A DNA stretch of 64,000 nt from the NCBI GenBank assembly GCA_002633005.1, contig NMRA01000022.1, positions 381,732 through 445,731 on the forward strand, written 5' to 3'. The stretch comes from Phoronis australis. Its lineage: Eukaryota; Animalia; Phoronida. Of this stretch, positions 25,944-35,158 are shown in pieces (positions within the stretch are counted from its first letter, which is position 1; each line of letters opens with the position of its first letter). Under the pieces are notes generated by a model, which was not told where the DNA came from, made no database searches, and saw nothing but the letters and a program-made list of their open reading frames with translations. A program made the translations under genes and the position numbers.

Positions 25944-26090
25944 CCTATGGAGGGCTCCGCCTGAAGACGGTCAAAAAGCGGGCCGCTTATACTAATTTAG
26001 GTGGCCCACCTCAAAGCAGCCAACAACGGGACCTCTTATATTAATATTGGTGCCCCGGTCTATGTGGTCTTCAGGCGAGCCCCCTATAGG
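25944..26090. repeat. Inverted-repeat pair within a degenerate GC-richer repeat (about 25715-26100)
   Basis: cctatggagggctccgcctgaagac versus gtcttcaggcgagccccctatagg. Confidence 0.55.
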
Positions 26091-26718
26091 GCCCACTTTT
26101 GACGCTCGAAAACAACATTTTACTTATGTCATTTTGATAAGTCACTTTTAAAAATTATACATTTTTTGACTTTTTGTGGTCCAGTGAAGTTAGAATTTTG
26201 CGAATTTGTTCGAAAACCTTTAGTATTGTTGACAAAAATAGTTAGCATGAGCCAACACGTGGAAAAAATATCTAATTCTGATTGGGCATACCCATCCTTC
26301 AGAATTCTAGAGCAGCTGGAGTAAAATGAAATGTAAAAGAATGTCCTTAAACTCCACGTCCTGTAAATAATCCTTTCCTACTATATAATGGTCTTCAATA
26401 GAAATACTCTCCCTGGGGTTTTGCAGGCGATAATATCGGGAATATTGCCTTTATGACACTTTTGGCAAATACTGATCTCCAAGCTTGCTTTCAAAGTTTC
26501 TCCGATTCCAGTTCATATTTGTCATATTCTTGGTTGCTTGTGCCACATGTAATGATACTATGGCACTTTTATTAAAATATATGATTTCAGAGAACTCAAG
26601 TCTATCAACTTCACCAAGTCAATGTTGCATCTTTGGAACCCCATTTTTAAATTAATTTGTTTCTCTCCTATATACTTTGCTTCCGATTGCTTCTTGTGTA
26701 ATGCTTCCACGTCTTTAT

Positions 26719-27329
26719 CCCGCTGGTCCCCTACGGGCCTAGCCAGCACGCAGGTATCACGCAGTGGCACGCGCTTTAGCATTGGTTGATGTAACCTCAG
26801 CAGTCATTGGTTAGCTTCACAATACCATGAAAAATGGCGGACTGTGAACCATTTTTAGCCTTGTCAAGCAAGAAGCGTCGCAGCAACTTTTTCGTTTCTG
26901 CAGTGATGTTTAATAGCCGCGTGCTTAAAGTGTGAAGCACATACGTGTATTATAAACACACATCTGGCCGATTTAACCGGTGTGTTATTCCTACTGTATG
27001 AATACAAGACAGTATCGTAATCAAAAGTCATCGACAGCAGAAATATGCATTCCGAAAAGGCGCAACCACAATTTCTAGGATTCATATTTCCTGAACATAA
27101 ATTTTAAGCACCGATTTGTTGTACAACAGACCACATTTACACTTCAGTCCATCAGTCATGCCAGCATATAGAGTATCTGTAATGCCAGTTTGTTTTCTTA
27201 AAGCGCTGCCTTTTGAAAATTCGACTAGCTAATCAGAAACGCCTGTGTAAAAAAAATTCCCGAGGAAAATTAAGTGATACCTGCGTGCTGGCTACTGACC
27301 ATCTAGCGGCACGCACGGAACCAGCGAGT
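26719..27329. mobile_element. Non-autonomous TIR element (family B, copy 2)
   Basis: Shares long blocks with 1971-2423 (cattggttgatgtaacc..gcagtcattggttagc; aatcagaaacgcc.gtgtaaaaaa.ttcccgaggaaaatta..tgatacctgcgtgct; ggaaccagcgagt) and has extra internal sequence. Confidence 0.85.
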
Positions 27330-27764
27330 TTATCCCGTAGATGATGCTCTACCTNCCAGGATTTTGCCAACAGACAAATGGAATCCTTTGAGAATTTTAA
27401 GGGGGGCATGCCTCCGTGCCCCCTCCCTTTAAATCCGCCACTGCCAAGTTTCGCCCATGTTTGTCCAAATAATGCGTTTTCTTCCTTAGTCGGGATGTTC
27501 AATGAAACACTCTGTACATGTATTTTGAATGCCGGATTAGCCATAAAATTACATGCAGCTGTGCATTACATGCAACAAGCGACAATGATACATCATGGGC
27601 GGCCCAGCACTATAGCCCTCAGCCCACCATAGTTCGCGCCGCCCATACCCATGGATAAAATGTGCAAAGTTGAACAGAATTACACGAATTTATCTCAGAA
27701 ATATTTAACCGTTGTCCAAAGCTATTTAATAAAAATACTTGAGATTTTCTTACTCGATTGCGTT

Positions 27765-27865
27765 TCCGTTTGCTTTATTTTCGTGAAAATATGTGACGTC
27801 AGTGAGTCTCAGCTTCGGCTGCAGCACCACGTGATCTTCAAGTACCGCTGTACTCTCAAGCTCAG
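27765..27865 (+). promoter_or_regulatory. Putative TLR promoter / non-coding first exon
   Basis: Perfect CRE TGACGTCA at 27794-27801, E-box CACGTG at 27828-27833, and a CAG|gtatga donor after 27865, about 1 kb upstream of the next candidate exon. Confidence 0.4.
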
Positions 27866-28860
27866 GTATGATTTTCAGCAATAAGGTATTTTGCCATTAG
27901 TTTACCCCTATCCCCCAAAAAGGGTACATTAGCAGTTCTAGTTATTGACCCTTGGCGCATGTGAATTTTGTATAATTATGCCGACGGCCGACACCATTCG
28001 CCCTTTTACGACTTCGCGATGGATTCAATTCGTGAATTAGTGAAAGACTGGAATATTAAAATCCCTTCAAAAACAATTTTGGGTTCACGCCTTAAATAAC
28101 TCAAAAGTAAGCATCTATGTCAAGTTATTTCCAGAATACGAAAGAAAAAACAGACCCATCTGACTTTCTATCTAGGCAGGGAATCTTTAACTTGGCTCAC
28201 ACGATGGTCCAGCGATCAGTTTCTTTCCCAAATGCTTATTTGCAATATAATTTTTGATTACTCTTCCCATGTGCTTCAGCTCTTCGACATTTTTTCTTAC
28301 ACCTATACCCAATAGACTAGCGCTTGGATTTTTCACTACAGCTTTGATCAGCATTGCACACCGCCCGCGGAGGCCAAGATTTTTACAGTGCCTAGCTACA
28401 AAGTCGTTGGTCAAATCTGCTCTTTCACTAGAGTACTTTATGTGGTCATAAATTTAGCCTGATGACAGCCGCAGAGACTGCCTGTGACAGCTGAATGAAA
28501 ATTATCTGTTTATCCACGGTTAGGAGTTAAAGCTTCTTGTAAACGACAACCAACGGACGACTGTGGCGGATTATTGGACGGGTGGAGTGGAGTCGTATGT
28601 TGTGCACCGCATTATTTGGACTGCCACTCCAGAATGTCTTTAACAGTATCAGATTTTTCGAAGCACCAGGCTAAGTTTCTCTGTCTTCATATATTCTTCT
28701 GTGATCAACGGTGAGGATTTCGATAGCAAAGTTAGCAAACTTTGTTGTCTGCACTGTTTTCGCTGAAAAGTTAAAGCTGCGTGTGGGCTGACTTCACGGA
28801 AATCGAATTACCTGTATACCCTTTACTCTCAGAAAATCGGTCTCATAATGTTCTTTACAG

Positions 28861-28911
28861 TGACCGGATTCCATATCTGTCACGAGTTCAAGTCCTACTG
28901 AGGCAATGAGT
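28861..28911 (+). other. Candidate TLR 5' exon (UTR plus possible ATG AGT at 28906-28911)
   Basis: ttctttacag acceptor and perfect gtaagt donor; splicing to the catttcag acceptor (ending 29214) places ATG AGT in frame with the TLR ORF. Confidence 0.6.
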
Positions 28912-29033
28912 GTAAGTGGTCCTTTCGAATTTATAATGTCGGGGTGGGCCAACCCCTACAAATTCTGAAGCGCTTCCCGAGTCGCCGATGCTTCCAAAGT
29001 TCATATTATTTCCCATGTAACATTTTAGTAGGG

Positions 29034-29153
29034 AATGGGCCTTGAGCAATTTGTTTCAATGGGTCTTGAGCAATCTGTTTCAATGGGCCTTGAGCAATCT
29101 GTTTCAATGGGCCTTGAGCAATCTGTTTCAATGGGCCTTGAGCAATCTGCTTC
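29034..29153. repeat. Minisatellite, 5 x 24 bp (AATGGGCCTTGAGCAATCTGTTTC)
   Basis: Five near-identical head-to-tail units in the intron before the TLR coding exon. Confidence 0.95.
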
Positions 29154-29214
29154 AAATTGACTGCGCACTGGGAATGAAACACGTTCGTGAACTATTAAAT
29201 TGACTTCATTTCAG

Positions 29215-31998
29215 ATGCAGAGCAGGATGGCAAGTAAAAAGTATGGAACCCTAGTAGCACTAAGGCTTTTCATTGTGCTGCAAATTATCAATGTAGGCCT
29301 GATTTTCGCTGAGGATAGTCAACAACACGGTGACCGTTTCAATTGTCCTGTCACTGTTGACAACAACGAAACAATTGCCAATTGCAACTACAGGAGCCTC
29401 TTCTTTGTGCCGACTGGTATCCCCAAAACTGTCACCGTTCTGCACATGCGCGCAAACTTTATTTCTTCCATACCACCTGGTGCATTTATCAAACTGAAAC
29501 ATTTGAAAGAAATAGATTTGTCCGGCAACAGAGTATTTCTGACCTTTCACCAGGACAGCTTAATGGGGTTGCAATCTCTTATGCATCTGAGCTTGACGAA
29601 GACCAATGGTGTCTCGTTCGACTGTAACAATGGATCTTCAAGGCTCTTTCGACACACACCTCAATTGCAGAATCTTCGTATGAAAAGAACGGAAAAGTTT
29701 GATACCAAATGTATAAATTCCACATTTCAGGATTTACCGAATCTTCGTTACCTGTCGATTACATGGCCGTATTCTCCGCTCCCGCATGGATTTTCCCTTC
29801 TAAAACAATTAGATATTTTAGATATGAGTAAATCAACATTTAATCTGTCTGAAAATAACTTCCAAGCACTGTCACTTCTGAACGTTTCTCGTTTGGCACT
29901 ACGAGAAATCCGTATAACAGGGTTTAGCAAACGTACGTTGAATCCTGTTTTACAAAATCTCAGGGTTTTAGATTTTTCATGTAACGACAATTTTGATGAG
30001 ATTGGATTAAAGTCAAGGTACTTCTCTCCAATAGTGGAGTGTTTAGAGAATTCAACTCGCCTCGAAAGTTTAATCTTGGACCGATGTTATGATTATGACG
30101 CAGCAATTGCCATATCTTCCGACCAATTTTATCCTCTAAAACGAGTCCCTCTGAAGGCATTATCGCTGCGTCAAAACGCCGTCACAACTGTAGCCCCTTT
30201 TCTTAAACACCTGAAACATTTGGAATACTTTAACGGGGATTACAACATACCTATCATATTCAAAGACACTAAAAAACTACTGTTGGACATAGGTTTTAAG
30301 AAACATTTAAAGGAATTTTACCTTTCCCACCAGTTCCTTTACTCCAGAGTGATAAATGTTTGTGATGAGGATGAAAGCGAAATATTCATGCGCGAATTTT
30401 CAGACAGAGCAGACCTCGAATCAAAAAGAGAAACGTTGAGAAACGATTCGAAAATACCGGGCAAGTCCTCTTTCAAACTAGATATTACCACAGAGAGTAG
30501 TGAGTACACAAAGTCAGGAATATTGGAAACGGAATACAGGCTCGAGGAATATTTAAACGACTCCAAGGTGCGAGTTGTAGTGTCGCTGGAGAAGCTGAAC
30601 CTTGCAAAAATTGGTGTACCCATGTCTCCGCTTACGGACAGAGGACAGGTCATCCACGAGCTTAACATATCAGACTTTAGTAGTCATGGAATGCATGTAC
30701 AGTTGACAAACAATCTAAAATTTGCAAACATCTCTTCGAATTTTATGTCGTCTATTGATTTCGTTGTATACGGCTTGGATTCGTTGAAAGTTGTTGATAT
30801 TAGTGATAATAACTTACAGTATGTTCACAGCAAACTGTTTAGGGCGGTTGGAAAACTGGAACATCTATTCGCATCTAGAAACATGTTCGGGTTGTTCAAA
30901 AGACCTGGTGACTTGGTGACTACGTTGAGCGGTCTTCCCAACATAAAAACCATTGATCTATCAATTAATCGATTAAGTTACCTTCCAAGAGGTATATTTT
31001 CCGAGTGTCCCAATTTAACCCATTTAGATCTCCAAAGAAACGGCATGAAGTCTGTGCACTTAAAGTTCTCTAGTCTGCCTTCTTTGAAATATCTAGACCT
31101 TAGCCACAACGAAATCAAAGGCTTTTCAAAAGAACAGACAGAAGATTTCCAGAATGGCAATCTCTTCCTGAAGCTAGAAAATAACTCAGGCTTCGAGTGC
31201 TCCTGTGATAACATACCTTTTATTGAATGGATCCAGAGCGACGGGTCGAATGATACTGTGCTAAACAAAAGTAAACTCATCTGCGAGTTTGCAGACGGCA
31301 GAATGACAGCTTTGGTTGACGTTGATTTAAACAAACTTTACATCGACTGCATGAAGGAAGTAATAATCATTGCAGTTGCAACTATGGCGGTCGTCTTATT
31401 GAGTACATCCCTTATCATGTGGCGATATCAGTGGTACATAAAGTATTGGATATACGTTCTTCGACTTAGACATAGACATGACTATCCAGCCGACGGTACA
31501 GAGCCCTTTGCCAGCTATATATCTTATGCTGACAATGATTACGATCTCGCAAATACAGTGTGTACTAAGTTGGAAGAAAGTAACTTGCCGGTATTCTTCC
31601 GCGACAGAGACACAAGTTTGGGTACCAGCATTTTCGATGAATACTTCCGCGGCATTGAATCCAGCAGAAAATGTATTCTATGTTTAACAGACAGTCATTT
31701 GAATTGTGCAGAACGTTATTTCGAGTTACAGATGAGTATGGTGCGAGGTAAAGGCTTCCTTATACCCGTCGTTGTTGGCAACTTAGCATTAGAGAAATTG
31801 CCGAAACCGCTGCGGCGCTTGCTCCGCGATGATGTGTACTTCGAGTGGCCAAAAACTGACTTGGAGGAAGAAGATTTCTGGAAGTCTTTGATTGCAGCGG
31901 TGCTTACTCGTAAAGGAGTCTGCATTCGCAAAAATGGTACGTACGCTAGCAGTGTGAATTATCAAAAATGGGTTAGTGTTCTGATCAGCATCGGATAA
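29215..31998 (+). CDS. TLR: Toll-like receptor, single-cysteine-cluster type (signal peptide, LRRNT, LRRs, LRRCT, TM, TIR)
   Basis: About 927-aa uninterrupted ORF. Hydrophobic leader; LRRNT CPV...ANCNYRSLFFVPTGIP; many LxxLxLxxN repeats; LRRCT FECSCD...WI...LIC; TM 31360-31419 followed by WRYQWYIKYWIY; TIR from about 31507 (YISY, RDRD..G, SRKCILCLT, YFEWP, FW). First ATG 29215, alternative 29227. Confidence 0.97.
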   Translation: MQSRMASKKYGTLVALRLFIVLQIINVGLIFAEDSQQHGDRFNCPVTVDNNETIANCNYRSLFFVPTGIPKTVTVLHMRANFISSIPPGAFIKLKHLKEIDLSGNRVFLTFHQDSLMGLQSLMHLSLTKTNGVSFDCNNGSSRLFRHTPQLQNLRMKRTEKFDTKCINSTFQDLPNLRYLSITWPYSPLPHGFSLLKQLDILDMSKSTFNLSENNFQALSLLNVSRLALREIRITGFSKRTLNPVLQNLRVLDFSCNDNFDEIGLKSRYFSPIVECLENSTRLESLILDRCYDYDAAIAISSDQFYPLKRVPLKALSLRQNAVTTVAPFLKHLKHLEYFNGDYNIPIIFKDTKKLLLDIGFKKHLKEFYLSHQFLYSRVINVCDEDESEIFMREFSDRADLESKRETLRNDSKIPGKSSFKLDITTESSEYTKSGILETEYRLEEYLNDSKVRVVVSLEKLNLAKIGVPMSPLTDRGQVIHELNISDFSSHGMHVQLTNNLKFANISSNFMSSIDFVVYGLDSLKVVDISDNNLQYVHSKLFRAVGKLEHLFASRNMFGLFKRPGDLVTTLSGLPNIKTIDLSINRLSYLPRGIFSECPNLTHLDLQRNGMKSVHLKFSSLPSLKYLDLSHNEIKGFSKEQTEDFQNGNLFLKLENNSGFECSCDNIPFIEWIQSDGSNDTVLNKSKLICEFADGRMTALVDVDLNKLYIDCMKEVIIIAVATMAVVLLSTSLIMWRYQWYIKYWIYVLRLRHRHDYPADGTEPFASYISYADNDYDLANTVCTKLEESNLPVFFRDRDTSLGTSIFDEYFRGIESSRKCILCLTDSHLNCAERYFELQMSMVRGKGFLIPVVVGNLALEKLPKPLRRLLRDDVYFEWPKTDLEEEDFWKSLIAAVLTRKGVCIRKNGTYASSVNYQKWVSVLISIG

Positions 31999-33710
31999 AC
32001 TTAAGTCGATGGTTTATCGAAATGGTAGTTACACAAACGCTTGGCATGAACTTTCGTCATCACAAGGCTGTTTGAACGCAGGCCCCACGAAGGACGATCT
32101 TTCTAGTTAATTAGTAAAGATAGCGATTTTAACTGACGTTGCTATCACAAGTGTGGTAACACGTTCGGCTTTGTGGCGATCATGTGGCCTTTTAAAGGAC
32201 TTACAATGTGATTTTGAACTGAATGTATGGCAACACGTCATAATGTCATGCAAACTGATTTGTTCCAGGCGCTGTTATGTACTACGCCGACTAAATTTTG
32301 CCAGACACATTTCGCATGTGACTGTCTTGGCATGACAGATAAATACGAGGAAATGCAGTCAAGAGACCAGGTGGTGGTTAGGAGGAAGCACATCAGCTGT
32401 GCTTGTCAGAGTGCGTGCAATGTCAATTATAAACTTTGAATCTTCTTGTTAAACACGGGCTGCGAGACCAGGACTGAGATTTAAGCTAGGTCGTACGTAC
32501 CATTTTGAGGATTAAATCCTCAATAAACTCACTTTTTTCGTCTAAAAAATTCAGTTAGATATTCAAGTTTAATTCATGCTAGCACAGTTGTATGGTTAGT
32601 TTCTTCTCTTTCTTCGGTTTCTTATTTTTGTTTGTTTGTAAACGTTTATTTGTACTGTATTCCATGTTTGTCTTACAAAAACCTTTATCAACACTTGCCT
32701 TTAAAATTAATTTAGTTACCAGGTAATATCGTGGACCTTCATTTAAATAATTAGACCTTTAACTGAAGCACAAGTTTCATACCGACAGTTTGCGGACTTA
32801 CACGTGCTCTCGTAACGCTCAAATCTTCAGTAGACCTTTGAAGTACAACTTGTCGAAAACTGAAAATGAGTGCAGTAGCGGTTTGGCAAATGTTCAGATT
32901 CTCATGGGACGGATGGTTTTGCACCTAGCTACTCTACATGGAAAAGGATTGTGACCGAAGGACTAAGGAAACTCTTGGGTACCAGAAGGACAAGGCTATT
33001 TCCATTCCAAGTGCGTGCTACGAGACCAGAAAGAAAAGAATAGCATTATAAGTAATTTGATGATAAGTAGGATAATCGAGACAAAAAGTGTCAAGGCCGA
33101 CAGACTGAAGAAGTTGGCAGAAACTGCGGTGCAAGCAAGGAAAACATCAGCATAAGGACATGGAGGTGACCTACGTACATCCGCCCACACAGCCTAAATC
33201 ATGGGGGGGGGGGGGCTGAGAATGTGTACCTTTTACTAAAAAAACGGGCTACGTTCGCAGCAGTGAATTGTGTATTCGCCGAATTTAGATAGTTCCTGCC
33301 TTTTTAGTGGACTTTGGTCTCGCTCTCTTCTTTTTTCGGCGTTTTTGTTTCTCTGAGGCGTAAATTTTTGCACACGCACACGCACGCACACACGCGCGCA
33401 AGTGGATACACGAGCAGTTTTTCAATAGTTATTGAATACACGTGTTGATGAGGCCTGACACTATCCTTTGTAATTGCAGAACAGACACATACTTTTCCAT
33501 GAAAAACTATGACACGAGTTGTCTTGTTGAAAAAATCGTGTCGCTTGATAGGTTGTCAAAAGCGGTTCTGACTGGAGCTTAAAAGGTACCACAGGCCAGA
33601 CCAGGCCATGGCTTGTAAACGATGACTCCTGCAAGTGTCGGGTTTGTTGGTTATTTTAGTTGATTTGTATGAGCAAAAGTGATGCAATGGAAATGGGGCA
33701 ATGACGTCAG

Positions 33711-33800
33711 CTTGATTTGGTAGCTTTTGCACAAATGAAATTAGGGTTGATTTGATAGCTTTAGTACCAATGAAATTAAGCTTAATTTGATAGCTTTAGC
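33711..33800. repeat. Degenerate tandem repeat, 35-bp unit x about 2.6
   Basis: tt(g/a)atttg(g/a)tagcttt...aatgaaatta units start at 33711, 33746 and 33781; a CRE TGACGTCA lies at 33702-33709. Confidence 0.7.
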
Positions 33801-34553
33801 GCTCTATCAAATCTCATTCGAGCAGACAACCAGAAATTCAAATGTTGGTTTTGACATCTCAAAAATGTGAAAATCAACACAGAGACCCAGAATGTAATTC
33901 AATAATTGCATAGTATTTGTGTGAACTTGCTACCCTGGTGTGCTTATTATTGTCATTTAGATTCCATCAACGAATCTAATATTAGCTATGGTGTTTCTAT
34001 TTGTAACCTAAGGTGCTACACGCAGGATAACTTAGCTTATACTCGATACGTGGAAGCAGGAAGAGATAACCAGGAAGGGACAACTAGCTAAACCGCCGTT
34101 TTTGGCCTCCTTTCCCGGTCTAATTTCAGGACTTAATTTTCGTTTAAAAGGAAACAGATGATTTTATCAGAGGGATTAAAGTTTTTTCTATAGAAGGATA
34201 TCAAAAAACTCACTTTGCAACCTTAAACAGTGGTGTAATTGTACTTTAAAAATATCGACTTCAGAGCACTCAATCGCAACTTCCCACACGCAGTCACGGG
34301 TATTTAAGCTTTTCCGTCGATGTATAGATGGCGCAGTAGTCAAGTACTCCCTCATTTGCATATCAAATTTGCATGTGGGAGTTCTGAGACTCTCGTCAGT
34401 TGTTGGTCGAGCGCTTGAGTGGATAAAGCGGTGACCTCCCACTGAGAGCACGCGCTGATGAAGATACCACTCGATCGCTTCGCAATCAGGAGGTGAAAAC
34501 ACTCTCATGACCGCAGTTCTGAATTCCAGCTAAGCAAGCCCTATTTCGAGGAG

Positions 34554-35158
34554 NNNNNNNNNNNNNNNNNNNNNNNNNNNNNNNNNNNNNNNNNNNNNNN
34601 NNNNNNNNNNNNNNNNNNNNNNNNNNNNNNNNNNNNNNNNNNNNNNNNNNNNNNNNNNNNNNNNNNNNNNNNNNNNNNNNNNNNNNNNNNNNNNNNNNNN
34701 NNNNNNNNNNNNNNNNNNNNNNNNNNNNNNNNNNNNNNNNNNNNNNNNNNNNNNNNNNNNNNNNNNNNNNNNNNNNNNNNNNNNNNNNNNNNNNNNNNNN
34801 NNNNNNNNNNNNNNNNNNNNNNNNNNNNNNNNNNNNNNNNNNNNNNNNNNNNNNNNNNNNNNNNNNNNNNNNNNNNNNNNNNNNNNNNNNNNNNNNNNNN
34901 NNNNNNNNNNNNNNNNNNNNNNNNNNNNNNNNNNNNNNNNNNNNNNNNNNNNNNNNNNNNNNNNNNNNNNNNNNNNNNNNNNNNNNNNNNNNNNNNNNNN
35001 NNNNNNNNNNNNNNNNNNNNNNNNNNNNNNNNNNNNNNNNNNNNNNNNNNNNNNNNNNNNNNNNNNNNNNNNNNNNNNNNNNNNNNNNNNNNNNNNNNNN
35101 NNNNNNNNNNNNNNNNNNNNNNNNNNNNNNNNNNNNNNNNNNNNNNNNNNNNNNNNNN
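34554..35158. other. Assembly gap (N run)
   Basis: Run of n. Confidence 1.

Noticed and set aside
29034-29153. Regular 24-bp repeats as a CRISPR array
   Set aside because: The units are head-to-tail with no unique spacers, there are no cas genes, and the context is a eukaryotic intron.
29260-31931. Antisense and alternate-frame ORFs overlapping the TLR
   Set aside because: Short shadows of the TLR codon structure with no motifs.
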